From positions 32,001 through 96,000 of the forward strand of contig JAHYJR010000005.1 of assembly GCA_019429005.1 (NCBI GenBank): DNA of 64,000 nucleotides, written 5' to 3'. Origin of the DNA: Nanobdellati archaeon. Its GTDB lineage: Archaea; EX4484-52; GLR71. Positions 29,360 through 39,900 of this stretch are shown here, in pieces; the first letter of the stretch is position 1, and the number at the start of each line of letters is the position of its first letter. The notes under the pieces are model-generated. The model did not search any database and was not told the origin of the DNA. It saw nothing but the letters and a program-made list of their open reading frames with translations. Both the position numbers and the translations under genes were made by a program.

Positions 29360-29415
29360 TTGTATCTAATATGTTAAATAATACGGTATGTATGTTAAAT
29401 AATAATGGTGACCTG

Positions 29416-31395
29416 ATGTTTCATAAAAAAAAATCACATTTTAAAAGACGAAAAGGTTATTTTCATTCAATTGAAGGTATTCTTGCAGTGCTTCTTTTAA
29501 TTGGGTATATAGGTGGTGTTTTTTATAGACCTTCAACATTAACAGATTGGGATTCCGCAAATTTACGTCAAGAACTTTCAGATTATTTAGGATCTCTTGA
29601 AAAGACTAATTTGATTGATCTTATACTTGAAAACAAACCTGATGATTTTAAGAGGATAACTGCTAGTTTTTTTGATCCAGAAAAAGATTTTTCGCTTTCA
29701 ACAGAGAATCTTTTGAAGCCAAAGCTTATTGTAGGTGTTCTTACAGGAGATACTACTTTGTTTAATATGTATAAACGAAACATTACAGATAATATTTATG
29801 GTACTGATTATAGGGCAACTGTTAATAATAGACGTGTTGAAATTGTTGTGTTACAGACAAATTTTACTGAAGCACCGTGGGGTGGTTATAATGTTCTTGT
29901 AATCCCTGTGTCTGGAACAGAATCACAGATATCAGCAACACTTGGAACTCAAGGGTATAGTTCGGTTATAAATATGACCTATTTTAAGACCTTTAGTAAT
30001 AATGCTGGTGGTATTGTATTGGTCTCAGATATACCTAATTCAAATATTCTAGATTATACATTCATAAAAACGTTTTTAAATCTGGCATGGTCTCAAAATA
30101 TAACAGATCCTACTGGTTCTTTTTCATATCTTAATGATATTAATCCAAAAGAGATAAGTTATGAAGCACTTAAATATTTTTCATATATCCCTCTTGAGAT
30201 AAATACAGAAACTAGTGGTGAAAGGAATACGTCTATAGAATTTTTTGAAACTAATGTTACAGATGGACCTGGTTTTGTTGATGTGCATCTTGCCGAAACA
30301 GATTATCGTCTGGGAAAAGCATTTTGTACTGTAAACCTTGTTGAACCTTGTGGTGGTGATACAAGAGCGACTCTTGATTATACATATACGCTTTGGTCTA
30401 CAAATAGTATTTATCATTATACTACATTAAATCTTAAGCGAGAAAATTATGGGTTTGTAACGACCCAATCTGGTTCAAATACTATATATGATCGTGTTTT
30501 TATAGATTATGATAATAATGATGATTTGACAACATATTATTTTACAAATGATACAGTACAATATTCATTAGATGAGCTCACAGGCCCTTCAAATGCAACA
30601 CTTTCATTTGATTTTCAACCAACAACTGATGGCCTTGCACAGATTTTAATAACTGTTGAGGCTGTAGGTGAAGAACCTAGTGAAACTGCAATCTATTTTA
30701 ATGGTGTCTTTTTTGGAAATACTAGTGTTATCTCTTCAGATTATAATATTACACAATGTGATAATTCCATATCTTTATGTAATTATACAGTATTAATTAA
30801 TGTTACGGATTTATTAGTAACGGGTTTGAATCATATTGAGTTTTTCAATTATTTGGGCGGTATTCCTTTAGATGAAGTATTATATCATAATATCTCAGCA
30901 ACACTTACAACTGTAAGGGGTTTTTCAGATGGAACTACATTTACTGTTGATAATAATAATTACACAATAATAGAAATTGAACCGAAAGGTTTATATGTTA
31001 AATTATCAATTGATACGCCTCATGAATTTATAACACTTAATACAAACAGTTTTGTATATCCTGCTAATAACTTTTCAAATTCAGCTGAAAATGATTCATA
31101 TTTTGTTATTATGTATGATAATGCCTTAAATGTATTGGGTGGAAATATTCCCGTATCTATTGTAAATTATCTTTTAACTGGAAGCCGTAATGCTTGGGTT
31201 GTCAATAATTTAAAATCTCAAGATGAATGGCATATCTTAAGATCTCTAATATTTTTTGTTTCAGATCATCACGATGATTTTATCTTTACACCGCAAGCAT
31301 TAGGTGATGTTGTGACAACAAGAAATACTATGCTTTCAATTGGCAATATTTATCAACCTTATTGGATTGATTTTAGGGGGTGGTATCGTGTTTAA
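29416..31395 (+). CDS. Large pilin-like protein, possible tip adhesin
   Basis: KRRKG|YFHSIEGILAVLLL class III signal; about 660 aa with many N-x-S/T sequons; GGTGA RBS before the ATG at 29416. Confidence 0.78.
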   Translation: MFHKKKSHFKRRKGYFHSIEGILAVLLLIGYIGGVFYRPSTLTDWDSANLRQELSDYLGSLEKTNLIDLILENKPDDFKRITASFFDPEKDFSLSTENLLKPKLIVGVLTGDTTLFNMYKRNITDNIYGTDYRATVNNRRVEIVVLQTNFTEAPWGGYNVLVIPVSGTESQISATLGTQGYSSVINMTYFKTFSNNAGGIVLVSDIPNSNILDYTFIKTFLNLAWSQNITDPTGSFSYLNDINPKEISYEALKYFSYIPLEINTETSGERNTSIEFFETNVTDGPGFVDVHLAETDYRLGKAFCTVNLVEPCGGDTRATLDYTYTLWSTNSIYHYTTLNLKRENYGFVTTQSGSNTIYDRVFIDYDNNDDLTTYYFTNDTVQYSLDELTGPSNATLSFDFQPTTDGLAQILITVEAVGEEPSETAIYFNGVFFGNTSVISSDYNITQCDNSISLCNYTVLINVTDLLVTGLNHIEFFNYLGGIPLDEVLYHNISATLTTVRGFSDGTTFTVDNNNYTIIEIEPKGLYVKLSIDTPHEFITLNTNSFVYPANNFSNSAENDSYFVIMYDNALNVLGGNIPVSIVNYLLTGSRNAWVVNNLKSQDEWHILRSLIFFVSDHHDDFIFTPQALGDVVTTRNTMLSIGNIYQPYWIDFRGWYRV

Positions 31396-31930
31396 TTTTA
31401 TTTTAAGTAATTTCAATAAAAAACGAAGAAAAGGTCAGTTTATGATTATCGGTGCGGTAATCGTTGCTGTTATGCTTTATAAGGTTGCAGCTATACTTAA
31501 TGAGAATCAACATTTTGATCCATCCTTTGCTCAAAAAGATATTTCAACAAATATCTTTAAAGATATAGAATTAGGTCTTTATAAGACTGCGACAAATAAT
31601 CATATTTTTGATAATGATGTACTTGAACTTGTAAATTTTTATAAACGGTTATATCTGCGTGAAGGTTATTATATAGATATTTATGTAAATGAATCTTATA
31701 ATTATTCTAAGCCAACTTCTATAACATTTAGTTCAAAAATGTTAAATTATCATAAAGATTTAGTGCTTTACGTTGTTGATTCTAAGGATTGCACTCTTTT
31801 TGAAACTGAAGATCGTTGTGATTTTATAGATCCTGTTTTATGCTCTTCAATACAAGGTCAAGGTCTTAGTTGTCCAGAACCTGGTTATTTTATAGATAAT
31901 TGTTGTAAAAGTTATAAAAAATGCTGTTGA
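31388..31930 (+). CDS. Minor pilin-like protein with a Cys-rich C-terminus
   Basis: KRRKG|QFMIIGAVIVAVML; 8 Cys in the last ~50 aa, ending CCKSYKKCC. Confidence 0.75.
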   Translation: MFNFILSNFNKKRRKGQFMIIGAVIVAVMLYKVAAILNENQHFDPSFAQKDISTNIFKDIELGLYKTATNNHIFDNDVLELVNFYKRLYLREGYYIDIYVNESYNYSKPTSITFSSKMLNYHKDLVLYVVDSKDCTLFETEDRCDFIDPVLCSSIQGQGLSCPEPGYFIDNCCKSYKKCC

Positions 31931-31942
31931 TTATATTCTTAT

Positions 31943-32761
31943 ATGGAAACTGTATATTTGAAATTTGCATATCTTGGGGATAACTTTAGTGGTTTGCAAA
32001 TGCAACCTCATTTTTTAAAATTGAGGACTGTTGAGGGTGATATTGTAACAGCCTTAATTGATTTGGGTATAATCATAAGTAAAACTGAAAATTCTGTAAG
32101 AGTTTTGAGTCGAACTGATAAAGGTGTCTCTGCAATATTTAATATAATTAGTTTTAAATCAGATAAAACCTTTAAAATAGGTATGTTAAATAGTATTTTG
32201 AAGAATGATTTATGGGTTCTTGCAAAATCAATTCCCAAAGAATCGTTTGATTCTATTAAAACAACTTCAGCATTTGGTAATCGTTTCAAAAAAAGATACA
32301 GATATCTGCTTTTTGGTAATTATAATATAATTAAGATCAAAGAAGCACTTTTTTTATTTTCAGGAACTCATGATTTTTCAAATTTTTCAAAACGAGATCT
32401 AACAAAGAACAAATCACCTATAAGAACAATTGAAGTTAAAGTTACAAGAAAAAAGTATTTGCCTGATGTATTAATAATAGATATAAGGGGTAAAGGTTTT
32501 TTATGGCAGATGGTACGTCGTATTATTCAGTGTGCTGTTGATTATGCTAATGATAAAATTTCACTTGATAAGATCTCAAGACTTCTTGATGGTGCTGACA
32601 CAAAAAGTATCAAACCTATAGCTGCAAAAAATCTTATGCTTTTTAATGTTGATTCTGAAATAATTTTCGAAAAAGATGATTATCATGCAATTAAATTTTT
32701 AAAGACCTTGCGGGATGATGCTGTTCGGAAAGCTGTATTTTTTGATAATTTAATACGTTAA
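31943..32761 (+). CDS. truA: tRNA pseudouridine(38-40) synthase
   Basis: AYLGDNFSGLQMQP, SRTDKGVSA, GTHDFSNF and FLWQMVRRI. Confidence 0.93.
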   Translation: METVYLKFAYLGDNFSGLQMQPHFLKLRTVEGDIVTALIDLGIIISKTENSVRVLSRTDKGVSAIFNIISFKSDKTFKIGMLNSILKNDLWVLAKSIPKESFDSIKTTSAFGNRFKKRYRYLLFGNYNIIKIKEALFLFSGTHDFSNFSKRDLTKNKSPIRTIEVKVTRKKYLPDVLIIDIRGKGFLWQMVRRIIQCAVDYANDKISLDKISRLLDGADTKSIKPIAAKNLMLFNVDSEIIFEKDDYHAIKFLKTLRDDAVRKAVFFDNLIR

Positions 32762-32948
32762 TTTATATTATATCGTTTGAGTGTATTTTTTTATATATTA
32801 TAATATGACTATAATACGTTATGTTTATATTATACAAATATTATAATTATATTATAATTATATGTCTTAATAATATCATGTATTTATATTATTATATATT
32901 AATAAACTTACATTGTCATATGAATATAATATTATATTCTTATCCGTT

Positions 32949-33060
32949 TATAATCTTATTTATCTATAATCTTATTTATCTATAATCTTATTTATCTATA
33001 ATCTTATTTATCTATAATCTTATTTATCTATAATCTTATTTATCTATAATCTTATTTATC
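32949..33060. repeat. 16-bp tandem repeat (TATAATCTTATTTATC), 7 perfect copies
   Basis: Read directly, inside a ~640-bp extremely AT-rich intergenic region. Confidence 0.95.
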
Positions 33061-33407
33061 TATAAACTTATATTACTATTTAATTATAGTAATATTGTAT
33101 CATATATGTATATTTATATTAAATTATATTTTTATCTTAATATATTTTTAGTAATGTATAAACATATATATTTATGTTATTATATTTAGATATGTTTATA
33201 TTGAACTAAATATATATTGTTATTATAATTATATTGATATATCACCATATTAATTATATATATATATATATATATGTATAGTATACTAATATCTGTATAT
33301 ATTTATATTATATCAATCTAATTAGAACACGGTTTTAAAAATATTTTATTTTTAAAAAATAGTTTATAACCGGAATTTATATAAATAATAAAATATATTT
33401 ATATACT

Positions 33408-33821
33408 ATGTATTTAGAAGATATGTCTATTATTACGGCTCAAGATATAGAAGAATTATGTTCATATATAAAAAAATATTCAGAGGATGTATCTAGTTTA
33501 GTCGGAGTTATAGAAACAAATAACAAGTTAAAATCTGAACTAAAGACTCCTGAACTGAAGAATTGTAGATATGTTGATTTTGGTGAAGGTAAAAAGTATG
33601 CTATTGTACAGAATGGTTCATCTCTAAGAATTCTTTATAACTCGGAGGGTCATATAAATATACAAGATATGAATCCTTTTTCAGCTAAGATGTATGAAGG
33701 TGATATTGATATGTTTAAAGCTGCTTTAAATGATAAGTATAAACACAAACCTGAAGTTCTTACTGGTCTTATGTCTACTTTCAAGAAAATTGATGATTTG
33801 AAACCTAAACAGAATTCTTAA
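33408..33821 (+). CDS. Hypothetical protein (137 aa)
   Basis: ORF with a TATA-like element upstream and a T-rich tract downstream. Confidence 0.6.
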   Translation: MYLEDMSIITAQDIEELCSYIKKYSEDVSSLVGVIETNNKLKSELKTPELKNCRYVDFGEGKKYAIVQNGSSLRILYNSEGHINIQDMNPFSAKMYEGDIDMFKAALNDKYKHKPEVLTGLMSTFKKIDDLKPKQNS

Positions 33822-33907
33822 ATTAAGTTAGCATTATATTTTTTTTAAATTACTTTTTTATTCAGTTACTTTTTCACTTAGGTCTATTATTATATTTCAA
33901 ATAATAT

Positions 33908-36900
33908 CTATATTTGATCTAACCTACGAGGTATAATTTGTTCTGTATCTTCTGATACTACATCACGTATTTGGTTAATATCACTCATAACCTGTTTGTT
34001 TATGTTATTCAAATCATTTGATACTGTATTCTCAAATGTTCTTGTTTGTTCAGCGACAAGTCGTGGTATACTTTCAATATTATTTTCAATTGTTCTTTCA
34101 AAACTCCTTATTTCATTTACCGATTCTGACATAAATGGTGGGGATGGTGGTGGTAATATTGGTGAAAGCTCAGGTTTTTCGTTAACAATCGAATCGTATT
34201 TAGATTCATAGTTCATGAGTTTTCTATTTTTAAGATATTTATATATTATAATTGTTGAAACACCAAGTAATGCAAGTATAGCTAGGTATTTTGCCCATAT
34301 AAATCCATCTTCGGTTGTATCTACAAGACATAATGGTGATGCTGCACAATCTCCACACGAACAATCTTCATCTATGTCACAGATACCATTTCCACACACA
34401 GAATCTGAAATTATTATAGGTGGTATGTAGAACCCTGTTGCAAAAATAAGTGGTTTTGAAAACTCGAGGAAACCATTACTTTTGAATGTATAATCATTTA
34501 TTTTATATCTAATTGTTATTATATCTTCATCAGAGCTTACATTTTCAAACATGATATTGATTGAATTAAGTAATGTATTGACTGTAATCTTACCATTATT
34601 TGCAAGTACTGTAACTTTATCAAGTTTTAAGGAATCTGGTAACTGTTCACTTATGATAAGCTGATCTATTATTTTTTTCCCTGTATAATTTATTTCAAGT
34701 GTGACGATATATTTACCGTTTTCAAGAGTTTGATATCTTTTAGCTGAAATATCGTTATATACCTCATTTGTGATTTCAGATATCGTATTCATATCATCTT
34801 CAGTTACAATTTGACCTGTAAGTGATTTAATCATAGTCCTTACTTCATAGAGTAATGTCTTTCTAATTTGGTCAGGTGTCTTTTTGAATGTGTATGACAT
34901 GAAATCTGCTTCTGTGCCTTTAGAATCTTTACTGCCTGCATATGGTAATGGTATTGAAAATCCTGAAGAGGATGAGCTTCCGCATCCAACACATCCTGTT
35001 GTTTGTGTTGTTGCAGGTATGTCTTGTATTATCGTAACTGTAATCTGTTTCAATTCACTTTCAGATATGTTAAAAATACTACTTTGTGTTATGTATGTTT
35101 TATCTGAAATAGTATATTCTGCTTGTATGAGTAATGCTTCTGTATATTTTGTTGTATTAACACCAATCATACCAAGTCCAGCGATATTAGTTGAAGTTGT
35201 TATGTTTGTTGTCATATTTGTACTGACGTTCAAGATTACAGTATTATACATAAGTGTTAGTTTTGCGTTATTTAGCAGTGTACCCTGTTGGTTTTTGACA
35301 GTTATGTTTAAGTATGCATACTTACTTCTATTCATATACACATCCGTTGTCACAAAATTGGTTGTTTTTGTTTCAAATATGTGTTTATTTTGGAATATAT
35401 TATATGTTCCATTAACACTTGTTCCAATAGCGCTATAATTATTTTTGTAAAGATATTTGAAATCTAGTTCACCTATAGCTGTTGATTTTATGAGTGTTTG
35501 GCCTTGTGCATCAACAGTAAGGCCTGTATCATTCCAAACATAAATGAATATAGTATCATCTTTGATTGTTTCTCTTGAGATATTATACATATCTTTTACA
35601 TCATATAGATTCATATACACTGTTACTGGTGTTATATTGAGCTTATTTATTATATTAAGTCCATTTTCAGGTATGTTTTCTTGTATGTTTATATTGCTTT
35701 CATAATATCCAAATCCAAGATTATCTGCATCAATTACATATTTGTAGTTTGGTGTTATACTGTTTAGATTCCAATATTTATCTGTAATCACATTATTGAA
35801 TGTTAAAATTCCATTATTATCTGTAAGTCCTGTAAGTGTTTTATTGAATCCGTTTAATGCGATATCTGTATTTTTATATATTGTAACATTTACATCTTCA
35901 AATGCACCAGTTTCGTTTGTTATATTGAATTTGATTCTGGTATCATTAAGTGTCATAGTTTGATTATTTCCATTTATTTCATCTTCACCAAATATGGCTT
36001 CAAGCAAATAACTTTTATTAACAAAACCTAAACTTAGTATCTGCATTGCATTTGGTACAACTGTATATTGTCCATATGGTATATTTGACACTGTAATACC
36101 TGTTCCGGATGTTCCTGAATATACTAGACCTGTAGGCCCTGATAAAGATAAGCTGATGTTCTCAACCGTACTTCCTGTATCATTTACAAATTTTATGAGT
36201 ATTTCTGTATTGTTCAATAAATACGTAATCTCATTATTTTTACCGCTCATCTGATCTGTTACTGTGAGATTGAATGTATTGTTTCCATCATATGCGAATA
36301 TATTGCTTGCAAAGGATATGCTATATGTGCCTGTCGGCACAAGACTGAACATTACGGAACCATTATCATTTGTAATATTATTGAAGTAACATAATCCTTT
36401 TTGATTTTGAACATTTGTACAATTATAAAGCGACATAGCTATACCAAGATTTTCAACAGAACCTAAACTTTCATCTTTGAATATAAGGTTTACTTTTGTT
36501 GTGTTAAGTGTGACATTTATTTCATTTTCTTGATTTGTAATACTTGTATACATTATATTCGCAACACTATATCCTAAATAGCCACCATCAACTTTTGCAT
36601 TTTGTGTACTTGCCTCCATATGTCTTTGAACTGTTCCATTCTCATTTGTTGTTAATATACAACTTGTAGTTTCATCAATACAGCTATAATATGGATTAAA
36701 TGTTATTGAAATGTTTGCAAGTGTTAAGTTGGTATCACTTTGCACATTAAATCTATTAATTGCAGCTCCTCCTTGATACATATATAGTTCCATATCTGTT
36801 TCTGTTCCGTTGAATAAATCAGTGATTGTAGTTTCAAAATTTGTAACATATAAGGTTAAGTCCCATGGACTGAATAATGGATTTATAGATATAATAAAAT

Positions 36901-39900
36901 GACCAACTATGTCTGTTATACTTTCGTAATACTTAGATATCCCTTTTTTAAATTTAATTCCAACATTTACAATTGGTGTTTGTATATTTTTCTCATCAAA
37001 TAATTGTTTATTATAAATTGTACCGCTTACAGTTCCTTGTCCTATAAGGCTGAAATTATATTCTGATGTTGAACTGTTATATAACACATTGTTTTTTAAA
37101 ACATCTTTTAAATATCGACCATCAGCTTCAATAAGGATATCATAATTTTGTTTTAAATCATTATACAAAGTCGCACCAGGTATATATGGACTTGCTGCTA
37201 TTGAATAATAACCATTTGAATCTGTTTTTGTGGTATACCTTACATTTTGAAGTTCGCCACTGCTATATTGTCCAAATGAAACAACAGCATCTTCTACAAA
37301 TTGACAGTCGTTATGTGTACAATATTTATCCGTAATAAAACCTTCAACTGTTGCAAGACCTGTAAGATTGATTTTTTCTTTTCCATTTAATTCAGTTAAA
37401 TTAGTATATGTACCGTTGTATAGACCACCCTCAACACCATATGTATCTAATGAATCATATTGACTGTATCCTTTAGCATCAACTCTAACATAATATTTAC
37501 TATCTGCTTTTATTTGGATCTCACCAAATTCATTTGTATTAGCTTCAGAAAATACAAGTTTTCCTACAGGCAATTTTTCAATCAAATCAATTCCATAACC
37601 TGCAAATTGACCATCTATCCTAATATCATAAAAACCATCTGGTAGTGTGAATGTAATATTTCCACCACTATTTGTAAGGTTACTTGCTATAAGATATTCG
37701 TCTAAAAAGTTTGAATCTCCTTTATATATAGACACATTAGCTAGTGGAATTCCACTTCCGCCTGCAGTTGCCTGTATTGTTATGTTCCAGTTATCACCGA
37801 TTATTGATTTGTAAATATTTGATCTGTTTATGCCTTTATGATAATCATAGAACATCACAGATTCATCAAGACCCATAAGTGATGGATTATTTGTATTTAA
37901 AGGGTCATCATTTAATGGTGGATCTATCCATATGCTGAGGTTATCTCCTGCAAATATGCTGAACCTTGTTGAATTTTGACCATCTGTTTTATTGCTGACA
38001 ATTACACTTATGTTACAGTCCATACATGGTAAGACTCTCTCAAATACTCGAGTACCATCAGCAAATGTTAATCCGCTTAATGTGTTGTTCATAGCATCAA
38101 CTGCTGCTGTCACATTATCACTCATGTATACAGTAACATTTGCATCTCCTATAGGGTAATATGTTGCGTTTGTAACATTGACTTCAAGTACAGTCATGTT
38201 AATGTTTATGGTATATGATGTTGTTGTTTTGTTAATCTCAATAAGTTGTGGATGTGTATAATTTTCATAACCTTGCATAGTTCCGTCTATATTAAGCGTA
38301 TAATTATTGTATGGTATTTTTTTGAATGTTGCATTAAATGGATCTGATTCAAGTGCCATGCCATTAAATGTTATTGTAGTACCATTTCCATACATATCGA
38401 ATTCAATATTTGAACCATTTGATGTTATGTTTAAGTGTAATTTATTCTCTTCAATAACAATTGTTTGGTTGTTTCGTCCCCATGTAAGTTGTGTTTGGTA
38501 ATTTTGTATTATGGTGCTATTATAACCAATCTGTGTTCCATCTATAACAAGGTTGTACACTTCACCCGGATCACCAACAACAACACGCCTTAATGTTGCA
38601 GTACTATTTGTAGTCTGATTTGTAATGTCTGAGGTGTATGGTAATATATCATTTTCAAGAAGGCTGACAATCACATTATCATCAACCTGTGCTGTGCCGT
38701 TTGTAACATTTATAACAAGATAATTTTCTGTAAGTGTTGCATTTTTAGTTGTTACAGTACCTATCGTGATACTAAACAATTCTGTTTCATTAAGATTATA
38801 TCCATTATGACGTCCATCTGCAGATATCTTATGGTTTCCTGGAATTAGTGTTGTGCTTACAAATTGTACATAACCATCTTTATCTGAATCTGTTGTTGAC
38901 ATAACAATATCATCTGTAGAGTTCAAAAGATTTATTATTGTACCTTCAGTGGTTGCAGTTATGATTTTGTTTATTTCGTCATATATATACACATTTATTA
39001 TGGTAGTACCTCCAAGGTTTACTGGTGTAGGGTATGTATTATTACCATAATCAATCACAATTGTTGTGTCGTTCCATTGTGTATAACCTGACATATTGAT
39101 ACTTAATAAAGCCCATGCTTCAGACAACAATTTATTGAATGTTACGATACCATTTATGTCTGTAAGTGCTGTAAGTGCAATTCCTTGTGCGTTATTGATG
39201 ATGCTTGTCATTGAACTATCTGTCCAGATAGATACATTTGCACCTTGTAATGGATTAATTCCATCACTTGTGACTAATATTTCAAATAAATTTTCATCAA
39301 TATATACTGTCTGTATATTTTGACTTCCAAGTGTTAGGTTAACTTGGTATTGTGTTAAACTGTAACCTTCCTTTGTACCATTTATAGTTATATTGTATGT
39401 TCCGGAAAGTAATGTTCCGTCTCCAAGAAGTACTTCACCTCCACTTGTTATGTTTGTATAATTTTCAGCAGGGTTGTTTTCTTTTACCATTGAAACATTT
39501 ATATTATTTAAATCGCTTTGTGTTGATGAATCTCTGACTATTATTCTTGTAAATGTCTGTTGTAGGTCGAGTTCAACATATCTGAAACCATCTGAGAAGT
39601 TTGTTGATTGGTCTAATGTAATCTCTCCGGTATAATTATTATGTCCATCAAGTGATATAGAGATATTATAAGTACCCCACAATAAACCACGGAATGTAAC
39701 ATTTTCACCATCTCCACCAACATCTGTAATACCTATTACTTGTAAATTAGAACCTGTTGAATTCTGTGCGATTGTGCTGCCGACAGGTCCGGACCATAAG
39801 GTTACATTAGCACCTTGTACAGAACTACCTTCAATAAATAATACTAGTTCATTGTTTTTCAGTGTAAGATCAACATGTTTTGATTGATCTGGTAATACAT

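Noticed and set aside
33180-33260. dif-like or ORB-like inverted repeats in the AT-rich tract
   Set aside because: Only imperfect palindromes of the kind expected by chance at this AT content, and no adjacent xer or cdc6 gene.
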